Source of the DNA: Acidobacteriota bacterium
GTDB taxonomy: Bacteria; Acidobacteriota; Blastocatellia; Pyrinomonadales; Pyrinomonadaceae
Reading direction: 5' to 3'
Assembly (NCBI GenBank): GCA_019639135.1
Contig: JAHBSL010000019.1
Location: forward strand, 33,134 to 97,133
DNA length: 64,000 nt
Each line of letters opens with the position of its first letter. The first letter of the stretch is position 1. The notes beneath the pieces were generated by a model. That model made no database searches. It was not told the DNA's origin and saw nothing but the letters and a program-made list of their open reading frames with translations. The position numbers and the translations under genes were made by a program. Of this stretch, positions 48,474 to 56,147 are shown in pieces.

Positions 48474-49214
48474 GTGAGGCAGGTCGATCGCTATTGTCAT
48501 CGTTCCGTCGATAGCTCCAAGCTGTTTGGAACGGCTCGCTTGAAATGTGCAGGAAAGAATATTACCAATTTGAGGTTTTACTTGAATATTCGGTGTCTGT
48601 TCGTCGTCGCTGGTTTGGCGATCTCTCCTTTACTGCTCCTGGCGGCCGGTAATTACCTTGTGGTCGCAATACCCCTGGATTCACCTGACGCAATTGTAGT
48701 TCTTTCCGGTGCTGCAGATTACGAGGAACGCAATCTTGAGGCCGCCCGGCTTTTCCGTAACGGCTCAGGACGGCGTATCGTGCTAACAGATGACGGCGTC
48801 CCCGGAGGATGGAGTAACGAAAATGAACGAAACCTTCAATTCGTAGAAAAGGCAAGTGCATTGCTCGTCGATAACGGTGTCCCGGAGCAAGCGATCGAGA
48901 TCGTCCCCGGTGCGATCAACGATGGCAAGGCGATCGGCACGGTTGTCGAGGCTCGGAAGATTCTGGCGTTTTGTCGAGAACGCCGTTACTCAAGACTCTT
49001 GTTAGTAACATCCGCGTACCATTCCCGGCGGGCGCTTGCTACCTTCAACGTGGAGTCTCGTGAACAAGGTTTGGAGACCGAGATCGGCATCGCACATCCG
49101 CCTACACAATACGGCAGAATTCCCCATCCCTCGTGGATAATAATGCCGGGACAATGGGCAAGAGCTGCCGGCGAATATGCAAAAATGTTCCTGGGCGAAG
49201 GACCACAAAGTTAG
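48474..49214 (+). CDS. YdcF/ElyC-like DUF218 family protein with an N-terminal TM anchor
   Basis: IVVLSGAADYEERNLEAARLF...RIVLTDDG and LLLVTSAYHSRRA are DUF218 signatures. The start is uncertain: GTG 48474, or TTG 48570 preceded by AGGAAAG. Confidence 0.7.
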   Translation: MRQVDRYCHRSVDSSKLFGTARLKCAGKNITNLRFYLNIRCLFVVAGLAISPLLLLAAGNYLVVAIPLDSPDAIVVLSGAADYEERNLEAARLFRNGSGRRIVLTDDGVPGGWSNENERNLQFVEKASALLVDNGVPEQAIEIVPGAINDGKAIGTVVEARKILAFCRERRYSRLLLVTSAYHSRRALATFNVESREQGLETEIGIAHPPTQYGRIPHPSWIIMPGQWARAAGEYAKMFLGEGPQS

Positions 49215-49272
49215 TCTTATAATCTCTCGCAACATATGAACCGAACAAAAACACGAAGTATGGCCGTATCTG

Positions 49273-50544
49273 TCATTCCCGCATCTCATTCATCACGCAT
49301 TCATTTACAAACCCGAGAAACTGTTTTTGCACCGCCTTCCTATCAAACGTTTCTCGAATGCTCTGCTCGCCCCAGGGCTCCGATGATCGAAGGTTCTTGC
49401 GGTCTTTTATCATATCGATGAAGCATGCCAGACGAGTTCGGATCGCCGCGGTATCGTTCGGGTTTGCGGTCGCACCGCCTAGCTGCCTGATCAAACGGTC
49501 TGCGGTTCCCGGTGGCGTGATACCAAAGATCGGCCGTTCCGAACCGATGTAATCGATAAGTTTTGAGGGCAAGAATACGCTTGACTCGCCCGGTGCGTCG
49601 ATCAGGAGCAACCCATCCGAGCGGTTCATTAAATTAAGACTCTCGAGATAAGGTATCCGTTTCTTAAAGATCACATTTCGAGTTGCGGGATGCGACGCCA
49701 GATCTTCTAACTCAGGCCCGGTTTCGTGGTCTCCGACAAGTTCAAACGAAACACCATCGAACCGATGGTCATCGACGGAATCGGTACCGATGATCGCACG
49801 CAGCAATGGCACCGGCGACCTAGGTCCATAGAACTCTCCGATATGCCGAATAACTATAGTGTCGCCGTCCGCCGAAGAACGATCGCCATACAGACCTTCA
49901 TCGTAAGCGTGAGGCAGAACACGAGCTTTTGCCTTCGATCTTTCGTCATATCTGGCAAAGACGAGGTCTATCGTTTCCTCGGAATTCATCAGAACGAGAT
50001 CGGCAGACTCTACTACCGAACGTTCCAGCTTCAGATTTAGGGAACGAGAGTGTAAATCGTAACCGTTAAACTGGTTGTCAACCCATGGGTCGCTAAAGTA
50101 TGCGATCCATGGAAGTCGCATTCGCTTCTTCAGCTCACGTCCGATCAAATGACATGAAAAAGGTTGGCCAAAGCTGACCAAACAGTCAAATCTTTCTGTT
50201 TCGGTTTCGTTTTGCGGCAGTTCTGACACCCGATCAAGAACCGGTTTGACCCAACTTCGGTATTGGTCCGGGTTTCGATATAAACGATTCCAGGCGGAAC
50301 GACTTGCACGGTAGAGGATCCTGCTAACGAGTCGCTGTAAGCCGGACGAACCGAATTTCACCCTTTCGACCATTTGAATCTGTTTGTCGGCATCAGGATA
50401 AATGGTCGTATCGAGTGGAGCATCGGTCCAGTTCGCGCAAACAAGCGTTACGTTTGCATCAAGGCCGGCAAGCAATCGGGCCGCCTGTATTGAACGAGGA
50501 AGTGCCGTTGGAGGATAGGCAAAAGATATAGCCAGGATGTTCAT
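49273..50544 (-). CDS. glycosyltransferase (GT-B fold, GT4-like)
   Basis: MNILAISFAYPPTALPRSIQAARLLAGL, a typical GT-B N-terminus. The C-terminal half has a LPSKLIDYIGSERPIFGITPPG nucleotide-sugar-binding-like block. 423 aa. Confidence 0.65.
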   Translation of the reverse strand: MNILAISFAYPPTALPRSIQAARLLAGLDANVTLVCANWTDAPLDTTIYPDADKQIQMVERVKFGSSGLQRLVSRILYRASRSAWNRLYRNPDQYRSWVKPVLDRVSELPQNETETERFDCLVSFGQPFSCHLIGRELKKRMRLPWIAYFSDPWVDNQFNGYDLHSRSLNLKLERSVVESADLVLMNSEETIDLVFARYDERSKAKARVLPHAYDEGLYGDRSSADGDTIVIRHIGEFYGPRSPVPLLRAIIGTDSVDDHRFDGVSFELVGDHETGPELEDLASHPATRNVIFKKRIPYLESLNLMNRSDGLLLIDAPGESSVFLPSKLIDYIGSERPIFGITPPGTADRLIRQLGGATANPNDTAAIRTRLACFIDMIKDRKNLRSSEPWGEQSIRETFDRKAVQKQFLGFVNECVMNEMRE

Positions 50545-50607
50545 ATTCCGCTGTTAAGCATCATATGAGCAAATGCACAAGACCGCAATTATCTCGAACT
50601 CTCGTGT

Positions 50608-51738
50608 TCATGCGGACGAGTTGCCTCGTCCGATTCGCCCGCTCTCCCAAAGTCCAACGATAGCATCAGCAATTCGGTCGGCGGCATTTCCGTCCCAGAG
50701 TTCCGGAATGCTCGCCTTCCGCCAAGTTCCGGCGATCATCTCGGAAATGTACCCCGGTAATGAATCAATCTTTGAACCTAAAAGAACATTCGTTCCAACT
50801 TCGACGGTCTCAGGACGCTCGGTTGTGGTTCTCGCAGTGACACAAGGAATGTCCAAAACCGTTGCCTCTTCCGTGATGCCTCCCGAATCAGTTATCACAC
50901 CCTTCGAGTTCTTAAGAAGGTAGATGAATTCCAGATAACCCATCGGATCGACACGAAAGATATTGGTACCAGTTGTGCTCATCTCCTCCATCGACTTTTG
51001 AGTCCGTGGATGAACAGGAAAAATGACCGGGAACGACCCCGCCGATCTTGAAACCACTTCAAGTATCCGATTTAGCAATGCCGGTGAATCGACATTTGCC
51101 GGCCTATGAAGAGTCAATAGCAAATATCCTCGCTCTTTGAGATTTAGATCGTTCCAAAGCCTGGGTCTTTCCAGTTTATCGAGGTTGATCAGCAATGAGT
51201 CGATCATAGTGTTCCCAACGAAGAACACTCGTTCCTCACCAATGCCTTCGCGTATCAGATTCTCTGATGCATTCTTCGAGGTCGTAAAGAAAAAATCGGC
51301 GATGGAGTCAGTAACCTTTCGGTTGATCTCCTCCGGCATCGTCATATCGCCTGAGCGAAGTCCGCCTTCAACATGAGCAACCGGAATACATAATTTTTTG
51401 GCAACGATGGTCGCTGCCATTGTAGAGTTGATGTCACCAACAACAATCACTAGATCAGTTGGGTTCTTCTCGAGGTCCGCTTCGAACGCCATCATGATCT
51501 CAGCCGTTTGTCTGGCATGTGACCCGCCGGAAACATTCAGATTCACATCCGGACTCGGGATTCCCAGTTGTTCAAAAAACGTGTCGCTCATCATCGTACT
51601 CGAATGCTGCCCCGTGTGGACGAGTCGATGATTGATAGGACACCCACTTTCACGCCGCCGCTTTAACGCCGAAAGAATCGGTGCGACTTTCATAAAATTG
51701 GGGCGAGCCCCCGCGACGACTGTGATCTCTACGTCCAT
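50608..51738 (-). CDS. wecB: UDP-N-acetylglucosamine 2-epimerase (non-hydrolysing type), paralogue A
   Basis: VVAGARPNFMKVAPI, HTGQH, VVGDINSTMAATIVAKKL-IPVAHVEGGLRS, MPEEINR, TLHRPANVD, ITDSGGITEEA. Confidence 0.85.
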   Translation of the reverse strand: MDVEITVVAGARPNFMKVAPILSALKRRRESGCPINHRLVHTGQHSSTMMSDTFFEQLGIPSPDVNLNVSGGSHARQTAEIMMAFEADLEKNPTDLVIVVGDINSTMAATIVAKKLCIPVAHVEGGLRSGDMTMPEEINRKVTDSIADFFFTTSKNASENLIREGIGEERVFFVGNTMIDSLLINLDKLERPRLWNDLNLKERGYLLLTLHRPANVDSPALLNRILEVVSRSAGSFPVIFPVHPRTQKSMEEMSTTGTNIFRVDPMGYLEFIYLLKNSKGVITDSGGITEEATVLDIPCVTARTTTERPETVEVGTNVLLGSKIDSLPGYISEMIAGTWRKASIPELWDGNAADRIADAIVGLWESGRIGRGNSSA

Positions 51739-51943
51739 ATTGCCTGACCGATCCTAATGGCTTTGATCAACTTAGGTCCGATCTCTTTTCCTGTAGATGA
51801 TGGCGCAAATAGAAGACCCGACCAACCGCGATTCTAGCCCACCCATTGCATACCGGGCAAACAAGACATCGATTTGGATCGGATCTTCCTTTTAGAAGTC
51901 AATCAGCCTGAGCTGTTCTCTCCCATTAAGAAGGACGACTCAG

Positions 51944-54406
51944 CTAATTCATTAAGACCGATGTAAGCGGTATATCGGTCGAGGTTCCGTATCTGAGAGT
52001 AGAAAAGCCTTCTGTGGTCCTTTGGAAATACCAGGTTCCGTTGCTTGGGCGAAAAACGGCAAAATCGGCCTTGCCGTCGCCATCATAATCGGCCGGGGTC
52101 GGAACATCCAGGTTCATTCCGAACTGATATACCGACATCTGGCCGTTGCTTTGATCGAACCGATACCAGGTTCCATTTGAAGGACGGAACACGGCAATAT
52201 CGGTTCGCCCGTCGCCGTTGTAGTCCGCCGGGGTGATCACATCGGTCGCAATACCGAACGTGAAAGCAGCGAAGCCCTCAGTAGAACGAAGGAGATACCA
52301 CACTCCGGTTAGGGGACGATAAACGGCGAGGTCTGCCCTTCCGTCTCCATCGTAATCTCCGACCGCCGGACGGTCGCCGCCGATGCCAAACTGGGATGCG
52401 ACTACCTGACCATTAGAACTATTCGTTCGATACCAGACTCCGTTTGTTGGACGCCAAACCGCAATATCGGCCTTTCCATCGGCATCGTAATCAGCCGGAA
52501 CGGGAACGTCACCGACGCTGCCGAAGTATCGAACCGATACCGACCAATTTGAACTGTTTAGTACGTACCAGATGTTTTGCTCCGGCCGGAACACCGCTAT
52601 ATCCGTCTTGCCGTCGCCATCGAAATCGGCGGGCGTTACCAGATCCGTCGAGATGCCGAAATTGACACCCGTGCTGCCATCGCGGCTTCGATTCAAATAC
52701 CAAACACCTTCTGAAGGACGATAAAGTGACGGGTCGGACTTACCGTCGCCGTCAAAGTCGAAAGATGCAGAACTCGTCGCCGCACAATCGCTTTGCCTAC
52801 CCGAAACAACGCATGCGGTCCTTGTTTTCAGACCCGCCATGTCTGCACCAATGTCCTTACCACCCGGAGCCGCCCCCTTATAAGGGGATGTGGGAAGAAG
52901 TTCGAAATCCCGTTGCGCCACGTCTCTGAAACCAAAATTACTTATGCTCGATACATAAGTATTATTCCCCGGATGGCCTGAAGACGACCGCTGATATACG
53001 TTGCCCGTCATTGTCCATTCCGGACCTGGAGCAACGGCGTTCAGAGCCGTCGTGCCTGTTCGTCCCGGTGCGTCTCGCACGCCGGACCACGTGCCCGAAG
53101 TATTGGCGACAATGTTATTTGTCCAGACAAAATCTCTGAACAGCTGCGCATTTGCCTCCACCCACAAGAAAGATGGCGAATTGCTAGTCGCAACAAAAGT
53201 GTTGTGGTCGAATTCGATGTCGTGCATCACGCGGGTTCCGCCCGCATCCGGGAAAATCCCAAGCCAACCATCGTCCCCCATCGCAGTTCCAGCAATTATC
53301 CAGAGATTGTTGTTCACGAAGACCCTGTTCGTCGTTTGAATATTCGTGTAATCATCTGTCGGGGTGATGTTAAATCCGCTTCGAACATTTTTGACGATAT
53401 TGTAACGAAATGTGATGTTCTGACAGACCGTCCACGGAGCCTGTCCGTCACTACGGCAGGTAAATAGGATCGAGTGTCCTGCCTGAGCTTCTGCCCAGTT
53501 GTTCTCGAAAATGTTGTTCTCAATTACGATGTCTTTCCCGTTTTTGATCTCGAACAAGTTCTTGACCACTCGACGAGGCGAAGCATTTCTCCACGAGAGA
53601 CGCTTGAAGAAATGGTTTCTGTCAAAAGTGATGTTGTTGGGAACGAAATTCGGAATATCGGGATCGGCACCGCCGAGCATGACATTCTCACTTCCGGCCT
53701 CGATAAAATTGTTGGAGATTAGGTTCCGCTCGGCTCCATTAGTCATCAATATACCCTGTGAGTCGGCCTGATCTTCCCAAATATTCTCGATGTAGCTATT
53801 GATTATCTGCGAATCGCGGACGTTGAAATAGAATCCACGCCGCGTGTACGCATTGTCTGCTCCCCGCAAGAGGCATCTATCGAAAACAAAATTGTGCGGC
53901 ACTTCCTGATAGGTGTCTTGCGCCGTTCCGTAGTAACCCAAAGCAACTAGCGATTGCTGTTGCTGGGTACTATTGTGCCGACTGATGTTGATACCGATGA
54001 ACTTGTAATGCGAAGGAGGATTAGCGGCCGGAAAGGCTTCGATCACCGGCGTCGAACCTGCGGACGCCGAACGGACGGTCGGCATATTCGCTGCATCTGC
54101 CGGCGTGACTCGGTTCCCGGCGGCCGGCAAACTCGCCAGCGCCGAGCTTTGTATCGTGACATAGCCCGTGCCTGACTTGTATCGAAGAACCAGGTTCTCG
54201 GTATACGTCCGACCCGCCTCAACAATGATCGTGTCGCCGCGGTTGGCGGCATTAATTGCCGATTGGATGGTCGGATACTGGGAGCTGGGAACGTAAAGAG
54301 TCGCGGCCTCGGCCGGAGTTTGCATCATGCTGACACATGAGATGCTTCCCAGTGCGATCAGTATGGACTTTAGGCCATACAGTCTAAGACTTGTGATTGA
54401 GAACAT
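51944..54406 (-). CDS. secreted right-handed parallel beta-helix protein with six C-terminal FG-GAP/VCBS-like repeats
   Basis: Signal peptide MFSITSLRLYGLKSILIALGSISCVSMMQTPAEA. Beta-helix repeats with NNxI periodicity: SQIINSYIENIW, NLISNNFIEAGSENVMLGG, IVIENNIFENNW, ITFRYNIVKNV, VFVNNNLWII. Six DxDGDGxxDxAVxRPxxGxWY units follow. Confidence 0.8.
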   Translation of the reverse strand: MFSITSLRLYGLKSILIALGSISCVSMMQTPAEAATLYVPSSQYPTIQSAINAANRGDTIIVEAGRTYTENLVLRYKSGTGYVTIQSSALASLPAAGNRVTPADAANMPTVRSASAGSTPVIEAFPAANPPSHYKFIGINISRHNSTQQQQSLVALGYYGTAQDTYQEVPHNFVFDRCLLRGADNAYTRRGFYFNVRDSQIINSYIENIWEDQADSQGILMTNGAERNLISNNFIEAGSENVMLGGADPDIPNFVPNNITFDRNHFFKRLSWRNASPRRVVKNLFEIKNGKDIVIENNIFENNWAEAQAGHSILFTCRSDGQAPWTVCQNITFRYNIVKNVRSGFNITPTDDYTNIQTTNRVFVNNNLWIIAGTAMGDDGWLGIFPDAGGTRVMHDIEFDHNTFVATSNSPSFLWVEANAQLFRDFVWTNNIVANTSGTWSGVRDAPGRTGTTALNAVAPGPEWTMTGNVYQRSSSGHPGNNTYVSSISNFGFRDVAQRDFELLPTSPYKGAAPGGKDIGADMAGLKTRTACVVSGRQSDCAATSSASFDFDGDGKSDPSLYRPSEGVWYLNRSRDGSTGVNFGISTDLVTPADFDGDGKTDIAVFRPEQNIWYVLNSSNWSVSVRYFGSVGDVPVPADYDADGKADIAVWRPTNGVWYRTNSSNGQVVASQFGIGGDRPAVGDYDGDGRADLAVYRPLTGVWYLLRSTEGFAAFTFGIATDVITPADYNGDGRTDIAVFRPSNGTWYRFDQSNGQMSVYQFGMNLDVPTPADYDGDGKADFAVFRPSNGTWYFQRTTEGFSTLRYGTSTDIPLTSVLMN
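51947..52759 (-). repeat. six tandem 44-48-codon FG-GAP/VCBS-like coding repeats
   Basis: DFDGDGKSDPSLYRPSEGVWY / DFDGDGKTDIAVFRPEQNIWY / DYDADGKADIAVWRPTNGVWY / DYDGDGRADLAVYRPLTGVWY / DYNGDGRTDIAVFRPSNGTWY / DYDGDGKADFAVFRPSNGTWY. Each unit is followed by about 24 residues ending in a xFGxxxDxPxPA-type tail. Confidence 0.85.
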
Positions 54407-54966
54407 ATGTTCCTCCGTTCAAATTTTCTTGGATCGTCGTATCGAGTAGATTTCGCCATTCCCTTTAGGCAACAATCACTGCAGAATTGTGAGGCAGGCT
54501 GTTTAGTCAAAATTCTTTATCTGTCTGGCTGTTATGGTTCACCTTAGTAGTCTCGATACAACCTTGTGGGGCTTTTTGTGGGGCAAGGATCCTCGAAGTC
54601 GCATTCAACGGACCAAGCTTAGGGGGCAGCCGACAATACGTGTCGGTCAATTTGAATTACTTTAAGTTTCTTACGGGAGCATGAGCCGAAGGCTCTAAAC
54701 GGTTTTCCGCATTTAAAGAAAACCGCCAAATCGTTGATGATTCCAGAAACGGGAAAACTTCTTTTATCACCAACGTAAATTAGAAGGTATAAAATCTGAC
54801 TGGTATCTGTCAATTTGACCGATGCGTTGTTTGGTGGGCATTTTTGTCTGAGTATTCGCGGGTACTAAAGGCAAACCAATGGGAGATACCCGGACATTTT
54901 TTTCGTAAATGACGCCTCGCGCGAAATTACTAAACATTTACTGCGAACTCCGCTATAATTGTAGTG
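54407..54966. promoter_or_regulatory. 560-bp divergent intergenic region (largest non-coding gap) between the beta-helix gene (-) and wecB paralogue B (+)
   Basis: No credible ORF. GTCAATTTGA occurs twice (54646-54655, 54809-54818). TTGTGGGGC occurs twice 12 nt apart (54564-54572, 54576-54584). A small hairpin CCGACA-atacg-TGTCGG lies at 54630-54646. Function is unproven. Confidence 0.3.
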
Positions 54967-56091
54967 ATGTCCCGCGAAGACGAGTCTCCTAAGATTGCCG
55001 TTCTTTTTGGAACGCGCCCAGAACTTATCAAGCTCGCCCCGGTCATATCAGCCGCGAAAAGGCTCGGCATTCAGACGGTTACGATCTCTTCAAGCCAGCA
55101 CACAGACTTGCTCAAGCCTTTCATCGACGCCTTTTCGATCAAGATCGATCATGACCTTCGAGTGATGAGGCCGGGACAGTCGCCAAACGATGTTGCCTCT
55201 CGAGGAATAGCCCGTCTCGACAGTGTCTTAAAAGAAATAGGTCCAGACCTTCTGGTCGTTCAGGGCGATACAACAACCGCCTTGGCTGGCGCAATTGCAG
55301 CTTTCAACCTTGGTATAAAGGTAGGGCATGTCGAGGCCGGACTCCGCTCCGGCAACCCCAGGAATCCGTTCCCTGAAGAGATGAATCGCAGGCTTATCTC
55401 GCGATTGGCAGACCTCCATTTCGCTGCGACCCGGCAGAACCGGGAGACGCTTCTTGTTGAGGGCGTGCCTAGTAAAAATATTGCTGTGACCGGCAATCCG
55501 GTCGTCGATTCCCTTTTATTTTTCGCTAAGACCGCGAAACCGAATCCGGATCTTGCAAAGATGCTCGACATGACCAAGGGGAGCCGGCGAATACTTCTTA
55601 CTACGCATCGCCGTGAAAGCTTTGGAAAGACGATGGAGGGAAACCTGAAGGTTTTGCGAGACTTTATCGCATCCCGGCCGGATACATCACTTTTCTTTCC
55701 GGTACATCTGAACCCAAATGTTCGCAAGGTCACGAAAGAGGTCCTCGGTGGGGCAGAACGCATATTTTTACTGGAACCCCTCGGCTATAGTGACTTTATA
55801 GCACTTATTCAGGGATCGTGGCTGATCGTTTCGGATTCTGGCGGAGTACAGGAAGAAGCTCCTAGTCTTGGAAAGCCGCTGTTGGTGATCCGCGCGAACA
55901 CCGAACGCCCAGAAGCTATCGAGGCCGGCGTGGCAAAACTTGTTGGTAGCTCCTCAAAGTCCCTAAAAAGGCATTTAGAGGAAGTTAATGGTGACGAAAC
56001 TTGGATCAGATCGGTCAAAAAACAGAAGAATCCTTTTGGCGATGGCAAAGCGGCGGAGCGCATCGCAAGTTTTATTCAACGGAAAATTTAG
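54967..56091 (+). CDS. wecB: UDP-N-acetylglucosamine 2-epimerase family, paralogue B
   Basis: IAVLFGTRPELIKLAPVI, SSQHTDLL, VVQGDTTTALAGAIAAF...VGHVEAGLRSGN, FPEEMNRR, TTHRRES, VSDSGGVQEEAPSLGKPLLVIR. Confidence 0.85.
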   Translation: MSREDESPKIAVLFGTRPELIKLAPVISAAKRLGIQTVTISSSQHTDLLKPFIDAFSIKIDHDLRVMRPGQSPNDVASRGIARLDSVLKEIGPDLLVVQGDTTTALAGAIAAFNLGIKVGHVEAGLRSGNPRNPFPEEMNRRLISRLADLHFAATRQNRETLLVEGVPSKNIAVTGNPVVDSLLFFAKTAKPNPDLAKMLDMTKGSRRILLTTHRRESFGKTMEGNLKVLRDFIASRPDTSLFFPVHLNPNVRKVTKEVLGGAERIFLLEPLGYSDFIALIQGSWLIVSDSGGVQEEAPSLGKPLLVIRANTERPEAIEAGVAKLVGSSSKSLKRHLEEVNGDETWIRSVKKQKNPFGDGKAAERIASFIQRKI

Positions 56092-56147
56092 TTCCGGTTC
56101 GCAAAAACGTTCTCGAAGATACGTCATCTAACAGAAATGCCAACTTA

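Noticed and set aside
54619-54813. 64-aa - strand ORF in the 560-bp divergent spacer
   Set aside because: It has no SD, odd composition and no similarity to anything I recognise. It spans the repeated GTCAATTTGA motifs, which fits regulatory DNA better.
56001-56147. Track start of the deacetylase-GT2 ORF at 56001, overlapping wecB by 91 nt (similarly 57814 for the oxidoreductase, 38461 for the cupin and 36486 for the heparinase-like gene)
   Set aside because: The upstream extensions have no family similarity and overlap the preceding gene. In-frame ATG codons at 56148, 57892, 38536 and 36522 coincide with the start of the conserved domains.
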